Of a stretch of 63,933 nt of DNA, positions 26,101 through 40,278 are shown piece after piece. The translations under genes and the position numbers were made by a program. The stretch is from Octopus bimaculoides (lineage: Eukaryota), in NCBI RefSeq assembly GCF_001194135.2, contig NC_068997.1, forward strand, positions 56,766,596 to 56,830,528, written 5' to 3'. The first letter of the stretch is position 1, and every line of letters begins with the position of its first letter. The notes under the pieces were generated by a model, which saw nothing but the letters and a program-made list of their open reading frames with translations, ran no database searches and had not been told where the DNA came from.

Positions 26101-27177
26101 ATATACATTAGTCACATAAATATACATGGAGAAAGACAACTCAAACATCTCCTATTCGTAATTCTTCAGAGCAAGAATTAAAATATTTAATAACAATTTA
26201 GTTTTCTATCTGAAGAATTAATTTACAGGACAAGTATACCTATGTCACTCCTATTAGTAATGTAACATATGTAATGCGGATTAAATAAGACATTTTTCCA
26301 GTTTTCTCTTTATATATGTGTATGTATGTATGTATGTAAGTCAGTATGTATGTATGGCGGCGTGTTTGTATGCAGAATTCGTTTCTGTCTAATTCGAAGT
26401 AGGTAAAGCTATAAAAACCTGAAAATATTGGGTTAAGAAACCCTTTAGAAAGAAAAAAAGGAAGAAAAACAAGTCGAAGGCTATTACTCACAGATTTATC
26501 TGTTTTGAGTTCCATTGCTATAATCTAAATATTACACGTCTCTCAAACTTTCTAAATTCTTATGACATAAAAGATCTATAGGTACACCTGTGTGTGTGTG
26601 TGTGCATATATATATGCACACACACACAGCGCCCATTTCTAGTTGGAAGAAGTAGAATAAAAATAAACGTTGTTGTTGCTGAACTACATTTTAAAGTTAA
26701 TTAACGTTATAAATATTTGCCTTCTCGATGTCTGTAAGTGTCTGAGGTGGTGAGGTGCATTAATGGATCGGATAACATCAGTATTACGAGACAGATGAGC
26801 AAATAAATATGCTTCTCTTACAGATCGATGTTTTTTACCATTTAATGCAAATACATATTTATTTAGTCGAGATGTATCTGGATTTGGAATTGGTTGACAA
26901 ACCATTTCTTTCATTCCATCAGTGTAAAAGATTTTAAACACCAACTAAATAATATAACACAGGTTCACTTTTATACTCAAAGCTGTTTCCTTTCTGCCCC
27001 AAGTCTGCTTTTACATGCGGTGCTGTTATATAAAAAATTCTATCACCATTCCTGCCGTATATAATGGGAAGATCGCCTAAATCAACATCTAACTCTCTGC
27101 GTAGGCATTTAATTACATCCGTTTCGTTTCTGAGAACAAATCCGATCGAAATCCGATGTGGCTAACTTATTATTATT

Positions 27178-27490
27178 GAGTGAGAGAGCAGTGCATGCCG
27201 TCAAAGTGACACTGGGGTGAAATATACGAAGCCCAGTGTACCCATCATCACTGCCCGTCTGATAAGGGTACACAAGGCACATGCTTCACAACCAGTCATG
27301 GGCATCACGGTGATCTCATATCAAGATAAACAGCGCATGACCTTGCAAGTGGGCCTTAGTTAGAATTTTCTTCAGGTCGAGTAGCTCATCCTGCTCAAAA
27401 GGTCCCTGAATAAGAATTGTTAAAAGATATTGAACGAAATAGCCCCGTTATGATGCTCCCTCACTAATTCTCGTGATCAGAGATGCACAT
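27178..27490. repeat. Interspersed repeat recalled from Octopus genomes (possibly a LINE terminal region)
   Basis: gagtgagagagcagtgcatgcc.tcaaagtgacactgggg...ataagggtacac...aaggtccctgaataag recognised from memory. Only one copy here, so it cannot be confirmed internally. Confidence 0.5.
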
Positions 27491-27493
27491 ATC

Positions 27494-27678
27494 TCGCCGG
27501 GCGAAATGCTTAGCGGTATTTAGTCTGTTACTATATTCTGAGTTCAAATTCTGCCGAGGTCGATTTTGCCTTTCATCCTGTCGGAGTCGATAAATTAATT
27601 ACCAGTTGAGAACTGGTGTCGATGTAATCGACTCATCCCCTTTCCCAAAACTGCGGCCCTTGTGGCAAAATTTAAAAC
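27494..27678 (+). mobile_element. SINE (Meta-domain-like family), 5'-truncated
   Basis: cgccgggcgaaatgcttagcggtattt...ctgagttcaaattctgccgaggtcgattttgcctttcatcctgtcggagtcgataaattaattaccagtt. Confidence 0.9.
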
Positions 27679-27893
27679 CATTAGTATTATTACGATATTT
27701 ACTGCTGAACACGACGTATTTTCGAACGCTCGAAGTAAATTTTGTTTAAAAGCTTTTTTTCTACCCATTTGTTACCGTTTTTTTTCCCGTCTAAACATTG
27801 TTACAGTTTGTTCATAGAAACACTAGGGACCTGGCGTTGGGTTCCTGCGTTCGTTTCCTCCCTAGTGGAAGTGGGGGGGGGCTATATTCGACC

Positions 27894-27952
<59 letters not shown>

Positions 27953-29403
27953 AGCAGTTACAGTTAATGTATTTTTATTTTTGCATGGTGCAGTAAATCT
28001 TTTGCCAGTCGAGTATTTCAATCTGTTCTCAATAAAAATCGTTTGATAAGCAAATTCATATTAATTTTGTTTGCATTCGCCAACCATTTCATATCTTTAA
28101 GTGAAGTACCGGCCTGTCTTCTTGTTGACATTATTTCGTTAGTTCCAATCCTGATATTTCGTTAAAGGTTTAATCAGTTCCTGTCAACGTTTCTTTTTAA
28201 GTGGTAAAGTAAAAAAGAAATATATATATTTAAAACAAACGTCTTCACATACGTAAAGCATAAAATAAAACACATTGTTTTTATTATTTAGCATTCTCTT
28301 AACACTTTGGTCACATTAACTCACGGTTCCACTTGTAGCACCAAAACTAAAGAATAATTCCATTAATGATTTTGTTCTGGAGAATGAAACCTCATTCTGT
28401 CAAATAAAATCTTGCAAAGAATTATGGGTAAAAAATACAGCAAAAAAAAAGGGGGGAAAAAAATAAGCTACAAAATATGGCAGCGGGACGGGAGGTGGAA
28501 GTGAATCAGAAATTGAATTTTTGATATATGGAAATTTGTCGGCAGCAGTTTTTAACTAATGTAGATCCATGTAGCTTATTTTATTCAACACTTCCAACTA
28601 TTTCTTAGAATAGTTTTTAACTCAATGTTTCTATTTATTTACATTGGTATCTTTTTTTTTTTACACTTAGGTGTTTTACTAAACGGAATATTGCTGGCAA
28701 CAATCAAATTATTCCTGTACCATAATTCTATACTGCTTCCAACGACATCACTTTGAATCAACAAGTTGGAATATAGGTTTTGTGTTTCGTTAGAAAAGCA
28801 ACAAGAATGTGTATTTTTTTTTTCATATGTTTAACTGCTATTATTTGAGAAAGGATATTTTTAAAATCATATTCTTCAATCTGTGTGAATCATACATTTT
28901 ACTTAATGTATTTATTTTTCTATATTCAGAAAAGTGAACAGATCTTGCAGCTTCGAAACACATTTAGGCAAAACAACGCAACAAATTGTTAACTAGTTTA
29001 TATCTTGAAACATGCCAAGCTGTCACTATAAGCACTTTTACATTTTTACATGTTGTCTCAACTGAATCATATATTAGTGAGGAATGTGTGTGTATGTGCG
29101 CGTGTGTGTGCGTGCGTGTAAGTGACTGTATGTGCGTGATGCAGTTTCATGCGTGTTTACATATGTATGCAAATACGTGTGTCCATGTGTGTGTAGATAA
29201 GAGGGACAAGCACACAAGCAAGCAGATAGCTTTATATATAAATGCACATACCTGTCTGTCTGTCTGTCGGTCTGTCAATCTAAATTATATGTGTTTTTAT
29301 GTCTGTGTGTGTATGTACGTATGTATTTATATATATGTAAGTATATTATATATCTATATACATATACATACTTATATACCGATAGATAGATAGACAGAGA
29401 GAC

Positions 29404-29478
<75 letters not shown>

Positions 29479-29609
29479 GAAAGAGAAAGAAAAACATACT
29501 AACAGACAGATATTTACGTGCAGATATATAGTCAGGCGCACAGACAGATTTTATTATCATTATTTTACGTTCTTTTTTCCCCCATACTTGCATTTGTTAG
29601 ACGAGTATT

Positions 29610-29920
29610 CCCTATAATAATTTCTTGTCAAAGACGTCTGTCCATAGCCATCCTTTTACGGCGAAACTTTTAAGTTCAATCTCCGACAGTTCCTCCTATC
29701 CATCTTTGTTAATCCTTTCGTTTTTGGTGACTTCGTCTGACTGAATCTCTTTCGTCCGTCATTTGTGCCTAGAAATTCATTTGTTCCTAGAAATGCAGAC
29801 TTCTTATTAACCCTCCGCAGCTGATTTTCTTTTTAATACTCAGCTATCTGTGCTCCATCACACCCTCAAATTAAAAACTCATCGCAGCAGGTTCGCATCA
29901 TACCCTACTTCTCATATCAT
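29610..29920 (-). mobile_element. Possible RTE-like LINE C-terminal remnant
   Basis: Minus RMAMDRRL / KKLL*G resembles RTE RMxDxRLPKxLxYG. Otherwise degraded. Confidence 0.25.
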
Positions 29921-30045
29921 TTGTATTTTATGCTCATATTGGATTGTCTGGTAGATTTCAACTTTAAATCGTCATAGTTGCGTTCGTGCGTGTGTATGTG
30001 TATGTGTGAGCGTGTATGTAAAGATATATATTATACGTATATATA

Positions 30046-30175
30046 CAGCCGGTTTGTTCAGTTTCTATCTACCAATTTTACTCGTTAAGTATTGGTCGAC
30101 ATGCAGTTATAATACAAGTCACCAGCCGAAATATTCTACGCAGTGGGGCTGCACTCTAGGCGATTTCGTAGTGAA
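30046..30175 (-). mobile_element. Old CORE-like SINE 5' half
   Basis: ttcagtttctatctaccaattttactcg..aagtattggtcg...ctacgcagtggggctg is a degenerate reverse complement of the head and core seen at 50431-50590. Confidence 0.6.
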
Positions 30176-30989
30176 TCTTCTTATAATACAGCCATTCCTG
30201 TGCCTAAGAAACTCTGTGAGTGGACAATGTAAAGTTTTCATTAATAGTAACTGTTGAGTTATATTCCATAGTTTATGCTTTAATTTTTGTCTGTGCAATA
30301 AAGTTTTATATTAAATCATTGTAGAAAAAGCATTTTTTTAAACTTCAGATACATAATCATGATCCTTATTGCAGCAGACAGGTTTGAGCTTTCCGGCAAA
30401 ATGTTATTTCCCTCGCTGATTCAATTTGTGGCAGGAAATATTCGTGTTAATAGCTGCAGGTTTAACAGCGACATCTTTAAAGTGTTTTCGAAAAGGACAT
30501 GAATATTATACAAATACAAGCTGTTTTCTTTTAATCACTTTGACAATGTTGAAATAATGTTATGATAGCACAGAGATTATAATAGTTATCAAAATCTAAT
30601 GCCTATTCATTCAGAACGGCACTCTATCATGGCGATGCTTAATATGAAATTCCTGGCAATCCAAACTCTGTGGAAAATGGCAAATTATGTGTTATCTATT
30701 TCTCCTCTAATGACACTAAGTTGGTGCATCTGACTTAATGCTAATGTCTATTTTCATTGCTCTTTTTCTCTCACACCATCCGCCACACTCTTCTCTCCTC
30801 AGTAACACGCACTTACGCCATTGTCATGCATCTCTTCTTTTCTCTTCTCTCTCTCTCTCATTTTCTCAGTCTCCTTTCTCTCTCTCTTTCCCTCTCTATT
30901 AGTTTCCTATTATTGGTACACATTACCTTAATGATACTATGCCTACCAATCATAAACTGTCTATGACCTACTTTGGTTAATAGTTGTTT

Positions 30990-31042
<53 letters not shown>

Positions 31043-31599
31043 NNNNNNNNNNNNNNNNNNNNNNNNNNNNNNNNNNNNNNNNNNNNNNNNNNNNNNNNNN
31101 NNNNNNNNNNNNNNNNNNNNNNNNNNNNNNNNNNNNNNNNNNNNNNNNNNNNNNNNNNNNNNNNNNNNNNNNNNNNNNNNNNNNNNNNNNNNNNNNNNNN
31201 NNNNNNNNNNNNNNNNNNNNNNNNNNNNNNNNNNNNNNNNNNNNNNNNNNNNNNNNNNNNNNNNNNNNNNNNNNNNNNNNNNNNNNNNNNNNNNNNNNNN
31301 NNNNNNNNNNNNNNNNNNNNNNNNNNNNNNNNNNNNNNNNNNNNNNNNNNNNNNNNNNNNNTATATATATATATATATATATATCTTCAAAATATATTGA
31401 AAATATATTAAGAATATATAGAGAGAAATATATATTAAAATATATTAAACTGTACGAATAGATATAGCCAGAATAAAAATACTTGAGTGGAAACCAGTAA
31501 CGCTGTGATAATCACGTCATATCTGCTGCACGTGATGACTATTTTAAGTAACAGGATGAAAGCTTCTTCAGCAACGGGATCCGACCTTTATAGCAACGC

Positions 31600-31689
31600 C
31601 GATAGAGGAAGAGTGTGACCGCACTTCATTTGGTCAAACTGCATGAAAATATCTCGATCAACCTATGAAATATTCAGTCTGCCTTCGTA
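31600..31689 (-). mobile_element. Mariner/MITE terminal fragment
   Basis: Minus begins TAcgaaggcagactgaatatttcataggttgatc, similar to mariner-type TIRs (TACGAGG...) and to 47661. Confidence 0.4.
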
Positions 31690-31889
31690 GACATACACGT
31701 TTATAAATATATATAGATACTGATAGATATACACACACACATATTTATATCCGTATATTTATACAAAGATACAGAGACACTGACTGATAGACACACAGAC
31801 ATACAAACATACAGACATACAGACATGTAGGTAGACACACAGACAGATAGACAAACAGATAGATAGACAGACAGATAGATAGGTAAATG

Positions 31890-31943
<54 letters not shown>

Positions 31944-32646
31944 CAACCAATTCGACTCTGCAACATTATTTGTGGAGGAATTTGTATAAATAGTCCCAAC
32001 TTGAAAGAAGTATATTCAAAACTACTTTGCTGATTTTTTCGTCCCCCACATTTTTTTTTTCTCGTCACGACATTGTGACAATACATCAGAGATAAGTAAA
32101 AGTCATGATGACCAAAGGCTAATTACTCTATTAAACCTTGAAACGTTGAGGCTTTAAATGGTGAATCACTGAATCACATTGACATAGTTTCAACCAAGGA
32201 CTTTAATAACCTGACCATAAGACAAAGCAACAAACTAAAACAAACAGAAAAAAATTAAATACGCGCATAAACAATGAAGCTAATTAAAACAAAAGAATAA
32301 GGAATAAAAGGAGGAAATTCTCAAATGCGGAGCATCAAAAATTTATCAGTTATTTGAGATGTTATATTTATCTTCGAAATTTCTAATTAACTATTCTAGA
32401 TCCTCTAATCTGAAAACTTTGCTCTTAAATAATCTACTCTCTCATTCTCTCTTTTCCCTCCTCTCTCACTCACTCCTCTCTTCCTTTCTTTCTCCCACTT
32501 ATTCCCCACTCATTTCTCTCATTCTTTCTTACTATTTTTCTTTATCACACTCTCGTCCTGCATTCTCTACTTCGCTGTTCTTTCTATATCACACTATGCA
32601 ATCTTTCTCTGTTATTCCATGATTACTTCGTGACTTTGTTTTACTG

Positions 32647-32715
<69 letters not shown>

Positions 32716-33493
32716 ACTCACTCTCTCCCTATTAAACTCTTCTTTGTAGTTTCCTCACACATACTTCATCAACTCCAACTTACGTTTTGCTCTCACAAAC
32801 TCTACACCTCTCTCTCTGTCGTGTACCTATTTCTATGATACTATGACCACATCTTATTTGCTATCTGTACTGCCTTTCTCTTTCTACCACGCTTTCTTTC
32901 CTTCGTATTCTCCTGTCCTTACCAAAGTTGTGCTATAAATAACAATAAGATAGTTCTGCAAGAGAGAAGAACACTACAGACCATACGAAGAATACAACCA
33001 GAACCAGAAGCAAGAAGATGAAAGACGAAGTCACTGCTTCTGAAGCGGTCATTCTGTTCTGGATATCAGCTAGCGTAGATAGATTATGAATAATTCAGAA
33101 GGTATAGCAACAAGCTAGAAAATCTAAAAATATTTGAATTATGGACATCAGTCCAATAATCAAAGAATTTCGCAAACCTTAGTTATGGACATGTTGATCA
33201 TAAATGACCTGTACAATCGTCTGTAATATACAGATGCGATCCAACATATATCACTGAAATTATTCTTTGTATCTTTTTATTCTCGCCCTCTCTGATGATA
33301 ATCTTCTGACCATCTGGTTCTGCTTATAGACCCAGTACCTGCATATTTCTTTGATGATATCAACTGAAGATATAAAGGATTCTTAAATAGGGATTCATGC
33401 TACAAATATCACTCATAGTTTTTATTCTATTCCAGAAATAAAAATTTGTGTATGATATATGATATAAGTTATACGACATATACATACTTAGAT

Positions 33494-33562
<69 letters not shown>

Positions 33563-34559
33563 TGTGTATTAGACTCACACACACACACACATAAATCATG
33601 TAAATATATATATAAATATATATATACATGCGTGTGTGTGTGTATGTATACATATATATGTGGTATGATATATGATAATATGATATTCATAGAAATTTGA
33701 TTCTTTATATATGAATATATAAATATGATATTTACGAGGAACACACACTGGAATACTTGCAATCAAGAGACGTTCAGTTTCGTGGTAAAACAAGGTATGC
33801 TATTAAAAACATAACAGTGATGTTCATTCGTCGATTTTGTGTTGAATTATTCAACCAGAATAAAAATTGCACACTCTATGACAGCACAAAAGAAACCAAA
33901 ATGACATGCACTGTTATGGAAGCGCAGATTGTTAAATCATTCCTTTTGCTGAAAGTACTTAGCCTGCATGTGTTTTTCGCATATGAAACGCAATGCATTA
34001 TGTTGAGTACTATAATATTTATGAAGATAAAATATCTATATAAATAAGATACTATCGCTGACCAATCTACAATGCTTTAGAAACAAACGATATTCGGACA
34101 GAAACATAATCAACTTTCTGCGATCAAATATTCTTTAAAAGCAGTCTATGAAAACATTAGCATTAAAAGGTTTAATATCCAATGTAGAAGATGAAAGGAA
34201 AATGGCGAAGGCTGTATATAACATTTCGAATGCTGACTTTAATTATTCCGTTGGCAAAGAATTGCTGCAGTCTTCAACTAAATGAAGATTGATATCTACT
34301 CTTATATAATTACTAGTATTTAGTGCCACTCTACTCAGGTACGATCGACATCTTCTAATAGTATTTCTACAGATCAATATGATTAGAAACCTGCCTCAAG
34401 TCTTACAAATCCCATTTTATATGATAGTATGCGTAATTATGATAAATGTAGGGTTTTGTCGTTGTGATCGTGGTTGTAAATGATCGATTCTAGAATTCTC
34501 CTGCCAATATCCTCTTCATTCTTCTCTCCATTCCCATCACCATTACTCCTCCTCCCTAC

Positions 34560-34992
34560 TCCTCTTTCTCGTCATCATCACCATCATCGTCGTCGTCATC
34601 ATCGTCGTCATCATCATCGTCATCATCATCGTCATTATCATCGTCGTCATCAACATCGCCGTCGTCGTCGTTATCATCACCACCACCACTATCATCATCA
34701 TCATCATCATCATCATCACCATCATCATCAACAACAGCATTATTAATATCCTTATGACCGACATCATCAACACCAGTACCAGATACATATAAATTAAGAC
34801 TATTCGATATATAATCGCCACCTCTACCACAATCACCGACCCCAACCGCACCAGAACCAGTTACAAGAGCAACGCATTGACCTCAACCACTGCACCGACG
34901 ACGCGGCAGCGTTTTTCGATGTTCCGTCAATAGATTACAGGGGGGGAAAGACAGCATATATAACATCTCTATCACCAACACCAATAATAATG

Positions 34993-35027
<35 letters not shown>

Positions 35028-35204
35028 AATAATAATAATAATAATAATAATAACAAAAATAATAATAACAAAAATAATAACAAGGAGAAGAATAGCAACA
35101 ACAATAATAGTAAATAGTAATAGTAGCAATAACAACAGCAATAATAATAATAACAATAATAATAATAATAATAGTAGTAGTAGTAGTAGTAGTAGTTGTT
35201 GTAA

Positions 35205-35244
<40 letters not shown>

Positions 35245-35279
35245 TGTTGTTGTTGTTGTTGTTGTTGTTGTAGCAGCAA
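34560..35279. repeat. Compound trinucleotide tracts (CAT/CGT/CAC; AAT/AAC/AGT/GTT)
   Basis: Directly visible. Source of the poly-H, poly-N, poly-Y and poly-L ORFs. Confidence 0.95.
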
Positions 35280-36222
35280 NNNNNNNNNNNNNNNNNNNNN
35301 NNNNNNNNNNNNNNNNNNNNNNNNNNNNNNNNNNNNNNNNNNNNNNNNNNNNNNNNNNNNNNNNNNNNNNNNNNNNNNNNNNNNNNNNNNNNNNNNNNNN
35401 NNNNNNNNNNNNNNNNNNNNNNNNNNNNNNNNNNNNNNNNNNNNNNNNNNNNNNNNNNNNNNNNNNNNNNNNNNNNNNNNNNNNNNNNNNNNNNNNNNNN
35501 NNNNNNNNNNNNNNNNNNNNNNNNNNNNNNNNNNNNNNNNNNNNNNNNNNNNNNNNNNNNNNNNNNNNNNNNNNNNNNNNNNNNNNNNNNNNNNNNNNNN
35601 NNNNNNNNNNNNNNNNNNNNNNNNNNNNNNNNNNNNNNNNNNNNNNNNNNNNNNNNNNNNNNNNNNNNNNNNNNNNNNNNNNNNNNNNNNNNNNNNNNNN
35701 NNNNNNNNNNNNNNNNNNNNNNNNNNNNNNNNNNNNNNNNNNNNNNNNNNNNNNNNNNNNNNNNNNNNNNNNNNNNNNNNNNNNNNNNNNNNNNNNNNNN
35801 NNNNNNNNNNNNNNNNNNNNNNNNNNNNNNNNNNNNNNNNNNNNNNNNNNNNNNNNNNNNNNNNNNNNNNNNNNNNNNNNNNNNNNNNNNNNNNNNNNNN
35901 NNNNNNNNNNNNNNNNNNNNNNNNNNNNNNNNNNNNNNNNNNNNNNNNNNNNNNNNNNNNNNNNNNNNNNNNNNNNNNNNNNNNNNNNNNNNNNNNNNNN
36001 NNNNNNNNNNNNNNNNNNNNNNNNNNNNNNNNNNNNNNNNNNNNNNNNNNNNNNNNNNNNNNNNNNNNNNNNNNNCTCGCTCTATCTCCTCGTACACATA
36101 ATCGAAAAGGTAATTTCCACGGGCTCTACCTGAAACGCATATTAAGATTTACTAATTCGGCATCCAGTATAAAACTATATACAATCTGTGTGTGCATGTG
36201 TGAATGTATGTGTGTGTGTGTG

Positions 36223-36264
<42 letters not shown>

Positions 36265-36549
36265 ATTTGTATGTCTATATTTATGTAAACACAAGAAAAA
36301 TGTAATCCTTTGATTACTGAAAATCAATAAAACACTTTTATTTTGCTTCAAAGTGAATATTTGCTTTGATATTCTGATTAAAAGAAATAGTATACAAATA
36401 ACTATATACCTTATATATGTGTGTGTGTGTGTGTGTGTGTACATTGAGTGGGAGAGGGGGGAGAATAAAGAGAGACACATACACATAAATATATCGCTAC
36501 AACTCTTGCACAAATAAAGTTAGTAGTATGTACATACATAATGCATGTG

Positions 36550-36581
<32 letters not shown>

Positions 36582-36669
36582 CACAAATATATATTTATAT
36601 ACACACACGCATACATATATATACACACACACATACACATATATATATATACACTCACATATATATATA

Positions 36670-36717
<48 letters not shown>

Positions 36718-37796
36718 TATGTAAGCCTACGAGTGGATAATGAGCATTATCAGATCCATTTAAATCTTCCAGATCTTAAATTTCAAAATGAAATCGATAT
36801 TTTTCTGATCTGCGAGAGTTACGAATTGTTTGGAAACTAACATTTCCCATTATTAACTTTCCCATTTACGACAAAGTTTGATGTGTACACACACAAACAC
36901 ACGCACACACACGTTTATACATACATACATATATATGTACATATATATGTGTATATGTATATATATATATATATNNNNNNNNNNNNNNNNNNNNNNNNNN
37001 NNNNNNNNNNNNNNNNNNNNNNNNNNNNNNNNNNNNNNNNNNNNNNNNNNNNNNNNNNNNNNNNNNNNNNNNNNNNNNNNNNNNNNNNNNNNNNNNNNNN
37101 NNNNNNNNNNNNNNNNNNNNNNNNNNNNNNNNNNNNNNNNNNNNNNNNNNNNNNNNNNNNNNNNNNNNNNNNNNNNNNNNNNNNNNNNNNNNNNNNNNNN
37201 NNNNNNNNNNNNNNNNNNNNNNNNNNNNNNNNNNNNNNNNNNNNNNNNNNNNNNNNNNNNNNNNNNNNNNNNNNNNNNNNNNNNNNNNNNNNNNNNNNNN
37301 NNNNNNNNNNNNNNNNNNNNNNNNNNNNNNNNNNNNNNNNNNNNNNNNNNNNNNNNNNNNNNNNNNNNNNNNNNNNNNNNNNNNNNNNNNNNNNNNNNNN
37401 NNNNNNNNNNNNNNNNNNNNNNNNNNNNNNNNNNNNNNNNNNNNNNNNNNNNNNNNNNNNNNNNNNNNNNNNNNNNNNNNNNNNNNNNNNNNNNNNNNNN
37501 NNNNNNNNNNNNNNNNNNNNNNNNNNNNNNNNNNNNNNNNNNNNNNNNNNNNNNNNNNNNNNNNNNNNNNNNNNNNNNNNNNNNNNNNNNNNNNNNNNNN
37601 NNNNNNNNNNNNNNNNNNNNNNNNNNNNNNNNNNNNNNNNNNNNNNNNNNNNNNNNNNNNNNNNNNNNNNNNNNNNNNNNNNNNNNNNNNNNNNNNNNNN
37701 NNNNNNNNNNNNNNNNNNNNNNNNNNNNNNNNNNNNNNNNNNNNNNNNNNNNNNNNNNNNNNNNNNNNNNNNNNNNNNNNNNNNNNNNNNNNNNNN

Positions 37797-37848
<52 letters not shown>

Positions 37849-39821
37849 TTTATGAATATATGTGCGTAGCTATTTAAACAGTCGTATTTTCCCTGTTCCA
37901 AGACTAATGGTCGGATATACCGGAAGAGACTTAAACTAGAGAGCCTTATGTATTCCCTTCCTGGAGTTTAGCTGAGTTTCTCTTCTAATACTTAATTCTT
38001 AGTCGTAACTGTGTGAAGTAGCTTTCTGGTTAATATTTTTACTGCAGTATCATAAAGTTTGTGTTTTTGTTACAATGGGACACTTATGTGTAAGTGCCTA
38101 TTTCTGTAACATCCTTCTACTGCAACATGTATGAATTTGATAATTTATATATCACAATCATTCAAACGCGTCTTTTAGCTATTGAAATATCTCTGTGTGT
38201 TGGTTCGAGGATTTTTATTTGTACAGCTTTTGGGGGAGTTATTTCATTAAACCAACATTGTTTAAATTAAGGCCTTGTTGCAAATGCCACTCCGCTGTTA
38301 TTGTTCATAGATATCTTATCGTCTTGCAAGGTTGGGATGAATTCTAATATCCTCTGTGCAATACTTTTCTCTATTTAAGCCCAGAAAATATTCTTACTCC
38401 TCAGCATAATGTAGGTATCGATGAATAACGAAAACGACGACGGCAACAGACAACAGTAACAACATCAACATTACTCGACCCGCTTGAAAAGACTTCAAAG
38501 CCATTAAAAATTTCACCCTGGCAGCTTAGAAATGGAGAACGCATGATATAATGTTGTCTTACCTTAAATCTCAAAAAGAAAACTCAAAATTTTCACTGTT
38601 GGAATACTTTTTTTATCAACATTCTGAATTAGAACCGACCAGAGATCGAATAGAACCAGCAATGACAACAATAGAAACAACTACTAACTAAATAACCATA
38701 ACATTGGAATCTCATTTTTTTTTGTCAATTGTCTTAGTGTCACTTGTGACACTTTTAGACTTTTGCTAATTTCACTTATTGCACTACGGCCATATTGGAG
38801 CAGCGGCTACATAGATGTTAATCAATCCTTTCGACCGCATTCATCAGTCAAATATTTATCTTTGTGTTTGGTGTAAGTTATATGTGTATAGTTTGTGTAA
38901 TAGAATGGGCTGTACGTATTTCTGTATTGATCTTGTATATTGGTGAGAAATTCTATGTGACAGTGATGGGCTCGTTCTTTACTGTGAATCTTAATTTTAT
39001 TTTCAGTTGTAATTGCTCCTTGTTACCAGAGTAGGCTTAACTGACGACAAAACGTAATCGTTGTCGTTATTGTATGGTCAGTATTACAACCGGAATCATG
39101 GAATTCACCACTTTGACGTTTGCAATCAAATTTTAAATCCCACTGGTCATTAGCAGACTGTTTGTCAATTTTGTGGTCTGTTATTGCGAGTATGGCTTTC
39201 AATGTGTTTCGCAATATATTACACATCTAAGTTTAAGAGAATTTAGATTCTCTGCCACAAACGAAGCGCTCGATAAATAAATCAACAACAAAAAGCGAAC
39301 AGCAATCAACAGGTATTCTAATAGCGTATTAAAGCAAGGGATACAACAATACAGGCCCGAATGTAAAGCAATAAACACATCAGACACCAGAGCTCTTAAA
39401 AATACACAATCCACACATAAAATGCATTGCATGAAACAAAGGCATACAAACTCAAGAATCAATGAAGGCATTATCAAAAATCCCATAAAAGAGGACACAA
39501 AATGCATCGCATAAAATCATAACATTCTGCTAACAATATACTTCAGCGACACTAAATCATGTTTAAAAATGATTTTTCTCTGTAATATGCATCGAGTAAT
39601 TTCTTTCTCCGTAAATGAAGCAAAATAAAAGCGACAATAAATCAACGAATAAGTTATCTAATGTGTCCTTCGTTTGTTACACGGAATGGTATACTTTGTG
39701 GCTATTATTTCTAGCTGTTTGTGTCATTAAGCAGACTTTCAAACTCGATATAACAGATAAGGTATCTATCTATCTATCTATCTATCTACCTGTCTATCTA
39801 TGTATATCAATATTTATCGGT

Positions 39822-40000
39822 CGAGGCGGCGAGTTGGCAGGATCGTTAACATGCCGGACATGATCGTCCACGTCACTTCGTCCGTCTTGACCGTCTGAGT
39901 TCAAATTTCGCCGAGGTCGACTTTGCCTCACAAATCTTAGGGGTCAATAAAATAAATGCCAGTTGAGCACGGGGGTTGATGTTATTGACTTACCCCATTC
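39822..40000 (+). mobile_element. SINE (Meta-domain-like family)
   Basis: gaggcggcgagttggcaggatcgtt...ctgagttcaaatttcgccgaggtcgactttgcc...ggggtcaataaaataaatgccagtt. Confidence 0.85.
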
Positions 40001-40070
40001 TTCGAAGAGGTCTCATCAGAACGAAAAGTGTTCTCTCCTACTTGGTAACATGATTAAAATAATCTTTTCT

Positions 40071-40278
40071 ACTATAGACACAAGGCTTGAAATTTTGGGG
40101 GGAGGGGACTGATCAATTACGTCGACCCCAGTGTTTCACTGGTACTTAATTTATCGACCCTGAAACGATGAAAGGCAAATGGACCTTGGTGGAATTTGAA
40201 CTCGGAACGTGGTGTCAGACGAAATGCCACTCAGCATTTTACCCGGCGTGCTAACGATTCTGCCAGCTCGCCCCTTTA
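40071..40278 (-). mobile_element. SINE (Meta-domain-like family), full length
   Basis: gacacaaggcttgaaatttt...ctggtacttaatttatcgaccctgaaacgatgaaaggcaaa...cggcgtgctaacgattctgccagctcgcc. Confidence 0.9.

Noticed and set aside
34480-35279. Poly-His, poly-Gln and poly-Asn 'proteins'
   Set aside because: Open in several frames and on both strands because they are triplet repeats; no unique coding flank or splice context.
39199-39507. 102-aa hydrophobic ORF as a membrane receptor fragment
   Set aside because: It is the antisense of A/C-rich sequence, which produces L/F/C/V-rich frames; no receptor motif or splice context.
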